From Terriglobia bacterium (GTDB lineage: Bacteria; Acidobacteriota; Terriglobia; 2-12-FULL-54-10): a DNA stretch of 64,000 nucleotides. Below are positions 9,862-19,365 of the stretch, piece after piece (positions within the stretch are counted from its first letter, which is position 1; each line of letters opens with the position of its first letter). The notes beneath the pieces were generated by a model. That model saw only the letters and a program-made list of their open reading frames with translations, was not told the DNA's origin and ran no database searches. The translations under genes were made by a program, and so were the position numbers. The stretch spans positions 192,001 through 256,000 of the forward strand of contig CAXVYR010000003.1 in the NCBI GenBank assembly GCA_963666975.2, written 5' to 3'.

Positions 9862-10149
9862 CCTGGCCTTCCTTTCCTTACAGAGGGAGGAGAAGTCTTC
9901 TTCTGTCCCCTCAGCCAGCCGGGGAGACGAGCTTTCGCACACCGGCAGGTATCTTCCTCCGCTTTCGAGTCATACTATCGGCAATAACATAGCGGTTGCT
10001 TTAGCTGCCTGCATGAGAACAAGCTTAATTCCGATTGAATGAACGCATGATCAGGTCTGGGGGACCGATGACCGGTGCGAAATGACCGATGAGTAATGAG
10101 CGATAATCGGCGAGAGAGACAGTGCGCAGGCGGCTCCAAGTCCCACGAT

Positions 10150-13100
10150 CTAGCTAATAGCTTGTCCTGGATTCCCCTGCGTGGACAATGGGTTGGAGAG
10201 GGATGCGGCAGCGTTGTTCGGAGCGAATCGCCAGTAAACCGCTGGAATCACCACCATGTTCAATGCAGTCGAGGAAAACAATCCGCACAGGATCACCATG
10301 GCCATCGGCGCTTGAATTTCGCTCCCCGCCTGTCCCGCCTGGAGAGTGATTGGAATCAGCGCCAGGCCAGTGGTGAGCGCGGTCATCAAAATCGGCGTCA
10401 GGCGTTCGGAAGCGCCCCGCAGGATCGCATGACGGAAATCACGCACGCCTTCCTCCGTCCTCAAATGCTTAATGTGCGAGATCAGCATGATGCCGTTGCG
10501 GGTGGCGACCCCGAACAAAGTAATGAACCCAATCATCGAGGCGACAGAGAGGATGCCACCGGAGATAAACACTCCAGCCACGCCTCCGATCAGGGCGAGC
10601 GGCAAGTTGCACATGATGATCATGGCTTCCGCGAATGAGCGAAACGCAGTGACGAGGATCATCAGGATCCCCAGAATGGCGGCAATCCCCAGCCACAGCA
10701 GAAGACTGGACGCTGCCGCCTCGCTCTCAAACTGCCCTCCATACTCGATGCGGTACCCTGCAGGCATCGGAACAGCAGCTCCCACCCGCTGTTGGATTTC
10801 GTTGACCACGCCACGCAAGTCCCTGCCGGCCACGTTGCACATCACGACAATCTTGCGCTGTCCGTTCTCGCGACTGATAAAGTTCGCTCCCCGGTCCTCC
10901 CGAATGTCGGCCACACTGGAGAGAGGGACGAGGGCCCCCGAAGGGGTGTCGATCATCGTCTGGCGAATCACTTCCAGGTCAGCTCGATTCTCATTCGGGT
11001 AGCGCACCACGACGGGGAACGCCAACTGTCCTTCGAAAACCCGGCCGACCTCCTTGCCGACAAAGGCCGTTTGCAACGCCTCGGCTGCCGAACCGGCCGG
11101 CAGCCCATAGCGGGCCAGCGCGGCGCGGTCAAAACGCACACGGACAGTGGGGATGTCGGTCTGCTGTTCCGTGGATAGATCGACTACTCCCGGCACGTCT
11201 CGCATGGCAGCTTCGACCTGCTGGGCGAGGCTGCGAAGGGCGTAAAGGTCATCGCCGAATATTTTCACGGCAATGCTGGCGCGTGTTCCGGAAAGCATGT
11301 GATCGATCCGATGGGAGATCGGCTGGCCGATCACGACGTTCATGCCGGGCAGGAGCGTCAACCGGTCCCGCATTTCCGCCAGCATCTCTTCCTTGGAGCG
11401 GTCTCCCATCCTCAAACCGACGTCGATTTCAGCCGATTCCACGCCTTGAACGTGCTCGTCCAGTTCCGCCCGCCCGGTGCGACGGGCGGTGGCGCTCACC
11501 TCCGGAATGGTATGCAATATCTGTTCCAGATTTCTTCCGAGCTGGTCGGATTCCGCCAGGCTGGTCCCGGGAACCGTCACCGCGCTGATCGTCAGAGTCC
11601 CTTCGTTGAATTCCGGCAAAAATGCGCGGCCCATACGAGCAAAGCCGGCCAAGGAGGCAATCAGAAGCAAAGCCGCGGCCACCAAGACGAATCCCGTACG
11701 ATCCAGTGTCCAGTTCAGGAACTTCTCGTACCAGCGCCTCAACCAGCGAATCCAACTAGGCTCTTGTCCTCGCAGCACCGCTTTGGCGCGCGGCAGCAGA
11801 AAGGAACACAGAACCGGTGTCACCGTAAGCGCCACCACCAGAGAAGCAAACAATGCCGTGATGTATGCGAAGCCAAGCGGCCTCAGCAACCTCCCTTCCA
11901 CTCCGCTCAAAAAGAAGATGGGCAGAAAGACCAGCATTACGATCAGCGTAGCAAACACAATGGGATTAGCAATCTCGCTGCTTCCCCGGTAGACCATCTC
12001 CAGTGTCGGCAGCCGTTGTTCCTGAGGCTTGCGTGCGTTCTCGCGAAGCCTTCGAAACACATTCTCCACATCGATAATGGCGTCGTCCACCAACGCTCCG
12101 ATGGCGATCACAAGACCGCCGAGCGTCATACTGTTGATCGTCGCGCCTGCCAGTTTCATCCCGATGAAGGTGGCCCCCAAAGAAAGTGGAATGGCTACCA
12201 GCGTGATGACCGATGCGCGCAGGTTGGCGAGGAAGAGGATTACGATGATTACTACCAGGATACCCCCGTCGCGCAAAGCGTCCAGCAAGTTCCGTGTCGC
12301 TGCTTCAATGAAGTCTGCCTGCCGGAAGATGTTCTTGTGAATCTCCATTCCCGGCGGCAGCGACTGCTGGATCTCGTCGAGAACAGCGTCCACACGGCGC
12401 GTCAGCTCCAATGTGTTTGTGCTGGGCTGCTTTTGAATCCCCAGTACGACCGCAGGATTGCCGTTGTGCGAGCCTTCGCCGCGCTTGATGGCTTCCCCGA
12501 TGCGCACCTCCGCCAAATCCCGCACCAGCACGGGGCGGGCATCCCGTGAGACGACTACCGTTTGGGCAATCTCCTGTACGCTTTGCGCGCGGCCGATCCC
12601 TTGAATCAGATACTCCTGGCCGCCGGCGATACGGAAACCCGCCGAGGTATTCTGGCTGCCCCGACGCACCACTTCCTCCACCTGAGCCATCGAGACGCGG
12701 TAGGCTTTCAGCCGCTGCGGATCGACAATTACTTGATACTGCTTGCGGCCGCCTCCAATTGCGATTACTTGCGACACGCCAGGGACAGCCAGCAACCTGC
12801 GCCGGAGCACGGTGTCGGCCACGGCCCGCACTTCGAGAGGTGAATGCCGGTCCGATTCAATAGCGAGGAACAGAATTTCTCCCATGATCGAAGAAATGGG
12901 AGCCAGATACGGTTGGCCGACCTCCGGCGGGAGAGAACCAGCAACCCGGCTCAGTTTTTCCGTGACGGTCTGTCTGGCCCGGTAGATGTCCTCTCCCCAA
13001 TCGAACTCCGCCCAGATGACAGCGATGCCTACCGCGGTGGCCGACCGGACACGGCGGATTCCTGCGGCTCCATTCAACGCCGCCTCGATCGGAAACGTCA

Positions 13101-13293
13101 CCAAGGATTCCATCTCGGTGGGTGCCATGCCCTGTCCTTCCACCAGAACAGTGACGGTGGGGGCCGTCAGATCTGGAAACACGTCCACCGGAGCCGTCGA
13201 AACGAAGTATCCACCCCATGCAAGCAAAGCGGCGGCAAGCCCCAGAACAAATATCCGGTTGCCGAGCGACCAGCGAATCAAGGCGTCAATCAT
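10150..13293 (-). CDS. CusA/CzcA-family heavy-metal efflux RND permease
   Basis: VDVFPDLTAPTV, GALVDDAIIDVEN, FLPEFNEG and ERLTPILMTALTT motifs; 1047 aa. Confidence 0.95.
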   Translation of the reverse strand: MIDALIRWSLGNRIFVLGLAAALLAWGGYFVSTAPVDVFPDLTAPTVTVLVEGQGMAPTEMESLVTFPIEAALNGAAGIRRVRSATAVGIAVIWAEFDWGEDIYRARQTVTEKLSRVAGSLPPEVGQPYLAPISSIMGEILFLAIESDRHSPLEVRAVADTVLRRRLLAVPGVSQVIAIGGGRKQYQVIVDPQRLKAYRVSMAQVEEVVRRGSQNTSAGFRIAGGQEYLIQGIGRAQSVQEIAQTVVVSRDARPVLVRDLAEVRIGEAIKRGEGSHNGNPAVVLGIQKQPSTNTLELTRRVDAVLDEIQQSLPPGMEIHKNIFRQADFIEAATRNLLDALRDGGILVVIIVILFLANLRASVITLVAIPLSLGATFIGMKLAGATINSMTLGGLVIAIGALVDDAIIDVENVFRRLRENARKPQEQRLPTLEMVYRGSSEIANPIVFATLIVMLVFLPIFFLSGVEGRLLRPLGFAYITALFASLVVALTVTPVLCSFLLPRAKAVLRGQEPSWIRWLRRWYEKFLNWTLDRTGFVLVAAALLLIASLAGFARMGRAFLPEFNEGTLTISAVTVPGTSLAESDQLGRNLEQILHTIPEVSATARRTGRAELDEHVQGVESAEIDVGLRMGDRSKEEMLAEMRDRLTLLPGMNVVIGQPISHRIDHMLSGTRASIAVKIFGDDLYALRSLAQQVEAAMRDVPGVVDLSTEQQTDIPTVRVRFDRAALARYGLPAGSAAEALQTAFVGKEVGRVFEGQLAFPVVVRYPNENRADLEVIRQTMIDTPSGALVPLSSVADIREDRGANFISRENGQRKIVVMCNVAGRDLRGVVNEIQQRVGAAVPMPAGYRIEYGGQFESEAAASSLLLWLGIAAILGILMILVTAFRSFAEAMIIMCNLPLALIGGVAGVFISGGILSVASMIGFITLFGVATRNGIMLISHIKHLRTEEGVRDFRHAILRGASERLTPILMTALTTGLALIPITLQAGQAGSEIQAPMAMVILCGLFSSTALNMVVIPAVYWRFAPNNAAASLSNPLSTQGNPGQAIS

Positions 13294-13302
13294 GGGAACC
13301 TC

Positions 13303-14868
13303 TCAGGAATGGGAACAGTGCACGTGACCGTGTGCCGGGATCTGTGTAGAAAGTGCAGCCAGACGGACCAGATAAGCGCCGAGCGTTACCACGCGCTCCC
13401 CCAGCTCCAATCCCTCCAGCACGTGAACGTACCCGGCTTCCCGCACACCCAGCCGGACCGGCCGGCGAGCGAAGGATTCTCCCGTGGTCTGCACGAAAAC
13501 AACGGGCCGGCCTCCGTCATCCACCACGGCGGAGTCCGGCACAGCCGGAGCTTGGACTCGTTTTGAAGTGAACAGGCGTAAGGAAACGGCTTGCCCCACG
13601 GCCAGCAGTCTGGCAGGGTTCTGTACTTCGTAGATCACGTTCAGAGTGCGCGAAACGGGGTCCACAATGCGGCCCACTGAGATCAGGCGGCTGGGAGAAA
13701 AACGGGTCTCCATGCCAGGCGCCTCAATCTCTGCGCCGGAGAGGCTGCGCAGTTGCGGTGCGTTCGCCTCCGGAACGGCTGCGAAAACATGAACAGGGTG
13801 CAGGGATACAATTCGGAACAGGTTCTGGCCCTGCTCCACGTTCGCTCCGACGGTGGCGTGTGCCTCGGCCACAACGCCGGAGATCGGAGCCCGAAGAAGG
13901 AATGAAGCGCCAAGAAACGGGGAATTGTCGGTGGAGGTTCCGTCGGCGCGTTGCCATGACTCCAACTGGGCCAGCCGTGCCTGCGCGGCTTTCCGCTTTG
14001 CCTCCAGCGTCGTTTCCCGGGTCCGGGCTTCGTCGAGCCGCCGGGCCGGCACCGCGCCCGCCTCCAGGAGGCGACCCAGCCGTTGCGCGTTCTTGCGGGC
14101 CAGGGACAATTCCGCCTCCGCCTCAGCCACCGCGAACTCCAGGGCGGCGCGCTCGGAAGGGCTGCTGGTCTTGGGGACGAGAGAAGCCAGCACCTGTCCC
14201 TCATCAACCGTTGTTCCAAGGGTCGGCAAAGCCGCCGTCGCCGCCAAGCGTCCTCCAAAAGGCGCGACGACCTCCGCTTCGCCTCCCGTACGCGGACGCA
14301 CTTCCCCAGGCACCTGAATGCTCTCTCGCAGGGATTGCTCGGTGACCTTCTCAGTGCGAAAATCGAGCGTCCACTGCTGCTCCTTGAGGAAGGAGATTCC
14401 TTCCTCCGCTTCCTCTTCCGGAAGCGCCACTTGTTGGGAACCGGCGGAGACAGTGACCGACTCCAAAATATGAACATCCTCCAGCTCTCCCGAGAGAACT
14501 CGGATGGACATGGTGTATGTGCCCGCCCGTCGGGGAACGATGTCCACGCCGAAAATTCCCGGGCGCGAAGGCGACTCGGCTCGGAATTGCTCCCCTGCGG
14601 TTCCGTCCCGGCGCAGCTCCACTGTGGCCTGTCCCGTGGTCAGAGGCCGGAACGTGGCGAGATCGGTCAGGTGGATCGCAAAGCGTGACGTCCGTCCGGC
14701 GGCGAGAGACGGGTACTCCAGAAACAGTTCCGTCTTTTCGCTCCAGCGGGTGACGTTAATGGTTGGGATTTCCGGCTCCGCTTCAGATTCCAAGGTCGCG
14801 GGGAGTTCTCTCTGGCAGCCCGTTGCCAAACCAAGCAACAGCGCCGCTGCTATCCATATTTTCCTCAT
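13303..14868 (-). CDS. RND periplasmic adaptor (CzcB-like MFP, lipoprotein)
   Basis: Lipobox LATGC; LRAPISGVV; AVPDSAVVDDGGRPVVFV; C-terminal HGHVHCSHS. Confidence 0.9.
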   Translation of the reverse strand: MRKIWIAAALLLGLATGCQRELPATLESEAEPEIPTINVTRWSEKTELFLEYPSLAAGRTSRFAIHLTDLATFRPLTTGQATVELRRDGTAGEQFRAESPSRPGIFGVDIVPRRAGTYTMSIRVLSGELEDVHILESVTVSAGSQQVALPEEEAEEGISFLKEQQWTLDFRTEKVTEQSLRESIQVPGEVRPRTGGEAEVVAPFGGRLAATAALPTLGTTVDEGQVLASLVPKTSSPSERAALEFAVAEAEAELSLARKNAQRLGRLLEAGAVPARRLDEARTRETTLEAKRKAAQARLAQLESWQRADGTSTDNSPFLGASFLLRAPISGVVAEAHATVGANVEQGQNLFRIVSLHPVHVFAAVPEANAPQLRSLSGAEIEAPGMETRFSPSRLISVGRIVDPVSRTLNVIYEVQNPARLLAVGQAVSLRLFTSKRVQAPAVPDSAVVDDGGRPVVFVQTTGESFARRPVRLGVREAGYVHVLEGLELGERVVTLGAYLVRLAALSTQIPAHGHVHCSHS

Positions 14869-16100
14869 GGAATCATCTCCTTCCCCACTGCCCGATCCAG
14901 TTCAATTCCGGCCTTCCTGACGGCCTCGAGCAACTCAACGGATCTCAGGCGCGCGAGCAAGCCAACCCGATAGGCGTCCAGCAGCTCCAGAATCCCCATC
15001 TCACCCTCATGATAAGCAAGCTGCGCAATGTCGGCCAATTGTTGAGTTCGGGCGCCCGACTGGCTGGTATGCTGCTCCGCCATGCGGCGCTGGAACTGGA
15101 CGGCGGCGTAGGCGGCTTTGGTCTCGGCCTCAATTTCGACGCGCAGTCCCTGAAGCAGCGATTCGGTTTGTTGGGTGCTCGCTCGCAGCCGCGCTACTTC
15201 TGCCTGGCCGCGATTGAATATCGGCAAAGGCACGCTGACACCGATGGTGTAGCCCACGTCTGAAAATCCGGAGGAGCGGAAAGTCTTTGTTCCTGCAGAT
15301 ACCGATGGTTCCGGGATACGAAGGCGCTCGGCTGCCCTGCGTTCGAGTTGCAGTCGCTCCAGCCGCCGTTGCTCCGCCTTGTAATCACTCCGGTTGTGGA
15401 AGGTTTGCTCCAGAAGTTCATCGAGAGACGGTAGCGGGCCCTGATGCGTAAGCCGGCCTCTCGCCGTCAAGCTGCCCGGCTCGGTGCCCAGGCGGAAAAA
15501 CGCCGCCAGTTGGGCTTGTACCTGTGCGACCTGACCGTCGGCTTGAATGCGTGCCGTCACGGTATTCGCCAGCTCCCGCTCAGCGCGCAGGCGGTCAAAT
15601 GTTGAACCTTCCCCCTCCCGTTCCCTCTCTTGAAGGATGCGCACCACTTCTTGCAATTCGCCGAGGCCGTTGCGCAAAACGTCTCTTCGTTCCTGCGCTG
15701 CCAGCAAGGAATAAAAGGCCAGGCGCAGATCAGCCCGCAGTTGGAATATAAGGTACTCCGATTGCTCCCGGGCCGCATCGACCGCAGCATCCCCTGCGCT
15801 GCGCAACAGACCGCGCCGTCCCGACAGAGGAATTCTTTGTGCCACTGTGAAAAAGTCATCGCTGTTGCGATTGACGCTTTCCCGGAGACCTGTGACCGTC
15901 GGGTTTGGAACCAAGCTCCAAGCGCGGGTTTCGGCGCGGACGACCGGCACGCGGGAGCGCGCTTCGCGCGCGCGCGGGCTGCCTTCGGAAAAACGCCGGA
16001 GCGCTTCCGTTTCCGTCAGCTCCTCGGCAACCGCTCCGGACACTGCGGCTCCCAGCAGAGCAAAAATCAGGAAGAATGTTCTCCCCATGCACACAAACAT
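14865..16100 (-). CDS. TolC-family outer-membrane factor (CzcC-like)
   Basis: Signal peptide; VSVPLPIFNRGQAE; AYHEGEMGILELLDA; overlaps the MFP start. Confidence 0.88.
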   Translation of the reverse strand: MFVCMGRTFFLIFALLGAAVSGAVAEELTETEALRRFSEGSPRAREARSRVPVVRAETRAWSLVPNPTVTGLRESVNRNSDDFFTVAQRIPLSGRRGLLRSAGDAAVDAAREQSEYLIFQLRADLRLAFYSLLAAQERRDVLRNGLGELQEVVRILQEREREGEGSTFDRLRAERELANTVTARIQADGQVAQVQAQLAAFFRLGTEPGSLTARGRLTHQGPLPSLDELLEQTFHNRSDYKAEQRRLERLQLERRAAERLRIPEPSVSAGTKTFRSSGFSDVGYTIGVSVPLPIFNRGQAEVARLRASTQQTESLLQGLRVEIEAETKAAYAAVQFQRRMAEQHTSQSGARTQQLADIAQLAYHEGEMGILELLDAYRVGLLARLRSVELLEAVRKAGIELDRAVGKEMIP

Positions 16101-16207
16101 GATGCTTCACCTCAAAAGGAACTTCTCGGCTTGAACTCGCAATTTGAACTATTGTTACGGGAATTACGCCAATAGCTGCGCCATGCAGGCGCACGCCAAC
16201 GGAGGGC

Positions 16208-16636
16208 TTACCGAGGAGGGGCTCGCGGACTGAACGCACCGAGGACGGGTGGATCGTGTGTCCTCGGCGCCGATTCCCGGTTCGCATAGCCGGAATAGGG
16301 CTCGGCAGTGACAGCTATATTTTGTGCGAGAACAAAAGCCTGAACCAGATGGTTTTGCTTGATGAGCCGGAAGACATCCAGCGACTTGCCGTCGTGATCC
16401 GCCTCCCGGATGGCCGGCCCGCTGCCGCCTTGCAGTGGCGCCCGTGCGGGAGAATCAATCCCATGCGCATGAACGAACGGAGCGTCAGCGTGGCTGTGCC
16501 GCTGGTCCGGCTTGTCATGGCCGCCGGGGCCGCCGTCATGACGGTCATGCCGGTGGAGAAGCGGAGCCTGGTACAGCGCCAGGATCATGGCCAGGATTAT
16601 GGCCAGCGATAAATGAATAGCCAGGAAGCGTCGCAT
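16208..16636 (-). CDS. Secreted His-rich protein ending in RAPP (CzcI/DUF2946-like leader)
   Basis: N-terminal hydrophobic segment; HRHDRH, HSHADAPFVHAHG; C-terminus FSPRAPPR-stop; first ORF of the efflux operon. Confidence 0.75.
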   Translation of the reverse strand: MRRFLAIHLSLAIILAMILALYQAPLLHRHDRHDGGPGGHDKPDQRHSHADAPFVHAHGIDSPARAPLQGGSGPAIREADHDGKSLDVFRLIKQNHLVQAFVLAQNIAVTAEPYSGYANRESAPRTHDPPVLGAFSPRAPPR

Positions 16637-16643
16637 TGTCCCG

Positions 16644-16673
16644 ATTCTAAGGGAGAGCAGTGGGAGGTGTCAA
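16644..16673 (-). promoter_or_regulatory. Sigma70 promoter giving a probably leaderless transcript of the RAPP ORF
   Basis: TTGACA (16673-16668), 18 nt spacer, TAGAAT (16649-16644); ATG begins at 16636. Confidence 0.6.
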
Positions 16674-16771
16674 ACAAAGACAGTGCCGCGTGGTGGGGTC
16701 GCTCTTCACATCCACTCGCCGTAGCAGGGCGGGGAAGGGAGAGCCGGGCGCTCAATTTTTGCGCGGCTTGT

Positions 16772-17662
16772 TCATTGCTCGGTCACCTCCACCCCGGCAA
16801 GGGTTTCAAGCAGCGTGATGGCAGCGGCGAAATCCTCCTCGCCATGCCCCATCGCCACCGAGGCCCCAAACAGCTCGTGGACCAGGGCGGTCGCCGGGAG
16901 CGGGACGTTCAGCTCGTGACCGGACTCCAGCATGAGTCCCAGGTCCTTGTGCATCCACTTCAAGGAAAAGTTCGGTTCAAAGCTTCGCTTCAGCACCTGC
17001 GGCAGCTTGGCGCCGATCATGGGATTGCTGGCCACGCTGGCCTGCAGGACCTCGAGAACCAAAGAAGGAGAAAGCCCGGCCTTCTGCGCCAGCACAAAAC
17101 CCTCGGCCATGGCCTGGCAGGTAAGCGCCCCGATCAGGTTCTGCGTCAGCTTGAGTTGCAGGCCCATGCCCTGCGCGCCGATGTAAAAGATTTTTTCCGC
17201 CATGACCGCGAGATACGGCTCGACGCGCTGGAAAACTTTTTTGTCGCCCCCGACCATGAAGGTCAGCGCGCCGTTGATAGCGCCCTGCTTGCTTCCGCTG
17301 CAAGGAGCGTCCAGAAAGCCGGCTCCGCGGCTGCGAAACTGCTCCGCCACTCTGCGGCTGACCGAAGGAGAAATCGTAGTGCAATCGACCACCACCGAAC
17401 CCGGCTGTACGCCTTCGAGCAGGCTCTCGGTCACCTGACAGACGGAGTCTGACCCCCCGACACAGAGGAAGATGACTTGCGACAGGCGGGCAACCTCGGC
17501 TGGCGAACCGGCGACTTTTGCGCCACGGCTCGCCAGTTCCTCCGACTTCTGCCGGTTGCGGTTGAAAACAGCAACGGAATAACCAGCCTTCAAGAGACTC
17601 TCCGCCATGGGAAGGCCCATGATCCCCAAGCCGATAAAACCTAACTTTTCCAGTTCCGACAT
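16772..17662 (-). CDS. Beta-hydroxyacid dehydrogenase (3-hydroxyisobutyrate/tartronate semialdehyde reductase family)
   Basis: GFIGLGIMG, FLDAPCSGS, LTFMVGG and MHKDLGL motifs. Confidence 0.9.
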   Translation of the reverse strand: MSELEKLGFIGLGIMGLPMAESLLKAGYSVAVFNRNRQKSEELASRGAKVAGSPAEVARLSQVIFLCVGGSDSVCQVTESLLEGVQPGSVVVDCTTISPSVSRRVAEQFRSRGAGFLDAPCSGSKQGAINGALTFMVGGDKKVFQRVEPYLAVMAEKIFYIGAQGMGLQLKLTQNLIGALTCQAMAEGFVLAQKAGLSPSLVLEVLQASVASNPMIGAKLPQVLKRSFEPNFSLKWMHKDLGLMLESGHELNVPLPATALVHELFGASVAMGHGEEDFAAAITLLETLAGVEVTEQ

Positions 17663-17804
17663 CTTTTACTTATTTCTCCCTGAAGTGAAATGACGACGGC
17701 GAAGCGCCCGCGCCGTTCCTCAGGATGACCGCGAAGGGGCTCGGAATCTCGCAGCAGCGTGGGTGGCATCCATGCTGAAATTATTCTAACTGTTTCGCGG
17801 CTTC

Positions 17805-19277
17805 CTACTTTTCGGCCGGTTTTTTCTTCCTCTCGCGCAGCGCGGGCTCGAGAACTTTCACCTTGTTCTCTTCCTGTGACTTCTTGCTTGCTTTGCTTTT
17901 TCGCTCCGTGACCCAGCCGAGCTTGTTGGTCTGGCGCGAGCGGGCGATGCCGAGCGAGTCTGGAGGGACCTCCTCGGTGATGGTGGAGCCGGCGGCGACA
18001 TAGGCGTTTTTACCCACGCGAACCGGGGCAACCATCTGCGTCCCGCTGCCGATGAAGACGTTGTCTTCAATCACGGTGGTGTGCTTTTTTTCTCCGTCGT
18101 AGTTGCAGGTGATGGTGCCCGCCCCGACGTTCACATTCTCCCCGACCACGGTGTCGCCCAGATAGGTCAGATGCTGCGCCTTGCTCCCGCGTCCGATGCG
18201 GGTCTTTTTGACCTCGACGAAATTACCGATCTTCGCTCCGGGGCCGATCTCGTTGCCGGGCCGGAAGTGCGAGAACGGCCCGACGCTGGCCCCGTTTGCG
18301 ATCCGTGCTTCGGCGATCACACAGAACTGCTTGACGGTGACATCATCGGCCAGCTCGGATTCGGTGATGACGGAAAAGGAACCGATCCGGCAATTCTCCC
18401 CCACGCGGGTCTTGCCGGCCAGCGTGACGCCGGGTTCGATCACCGTGTCCGGCCCCACCTCCACGTCCATGTCGATCATCACGGTTTCCGGCCGCAGGAT
18501 GGTGACGCCTGCCAGCATCAGCGCCCGAGCTTTTCGTCCTCGCAGCAGAGCGTCCACCTCGGCCAGCTCCGCGCGGTTGTTGATGCCGATGACCTCGGAG
18601 GCGTCGTCCATCCGGCAGGGATGCACCTTCTTTCCCCCGTGGGTAAGCAGGCCGATGACGTCGGTCAGATAGTATTCTCCCGAGATACCGTCACGGGGAA
18701 TGCGGTCCAGTTCGGCGAGCAGGTGCCGGGTCTCGAAGCAGTAGATCGCGGTATTAATCTCGCGAATGCGGCGCTCGTCGGGGGAAGCCGATTTTTGCTC
18801 GACGATGGAGGCTACGCCGCCATCCGGCCCGCGCAGGATGCGTCCATAGCCGGTGGGGTCCTCCATCTCGGCCGTCATCACGCTGGCCGCCGCGCCGGAG
18901 CCTAGGTGGGAGTCGATAAACCGTCGCAGGGTTTGGGCCGTGATGAGAGGTGTATCTCCGCAGTAGACCAAAAGGTGCTGACCCGCTGTTTCCAATTCCC
19001 GGCGGGCGCACTGCAAGGCGTGGCCCGTGCCCAACTGCTGCTCCTGCCGGACAAAGTACAGCCCCTGTTGAGGCAAACCCTTCAAAGCGCCGGTCACCGC
19101 TTCGGCCTGGTGGCCGACGATAACAATAATATTCCCCTCAGAAACCTCTCTCGCCGTGCGCACGGCGTGTTCAATCAGCGTCCGGCCCGCCACCGAGTGC
19201 AGCACCTTGGCGAGCTTGGACTTCAACCGCGTTCCCAGGCCCGCGCCCAGAATGGCGATGGCGATCTGATCTTTCAT
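17805..19277 (-). CDS. glmU: Bifunctional UDP-GlcNAc pyrophosphorylase/GlcN-1-P acetyltransferase
   Basis: LGAGLGTRLKS, QLGTGHA, EYYLTD, GNFVEVKK and GAGTITCNYDG motifs. Confidence 0.96.
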   Translation of the reverse strand: MKDQIAIAILGAGLGTRLKSKLAKVLHSVAGRTLIEHAVRTAREVSEGNIIVIVGHQAEAVTGALKGLPQQGLYFVRQEQQLGTGHALQCARRELETAGQHLLVYCGDTPLITAQTLRRFIDSHLGSGAAASVMTAEMEDPTGYGRILRGPDGGVASIVEQKSASPDERRIREINTAIYCFETRHLLAELDRIPRDGISGEYYLTDVIGLLTHGGKKVHPCRMDDASEVIGINNRAELAEVDALLRGRKARALMLAGVTILRPETVMIDMDVEVGPDTVIEPGVTLAGKTRVGENCRIGSFSVITESELADDVTVKQFCVIAEARIANGASVGPFSHFRPGNEIGPGAKIGNFVEVKKTRIGRGSKAQHLTYLGDTVVGENVNVGAGTITCNYDGEKKHTTVIEDNVFIGSGTQMVAPVRVGKNAYVAAGSTITEEVPPDSLGIARSRQTNKLGWVTERKSKASKKSQEENKVKVLEPALRERKKKPAEK

Positions 19278-19365
19278 CTGGTTATCCTCATTACTCTATT
19301 ATCCTGATCTACAGGAACAGTGTGTATGGTGGCCGCTTCTTCCGTTCTCGCACGGACAATGCAGC

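Noticed and set aside
17663-17804. glmS ribozyme-like AGCGCCCG near glmU
   Set aside because: Wrong strand and position, and the downstream core is absent.
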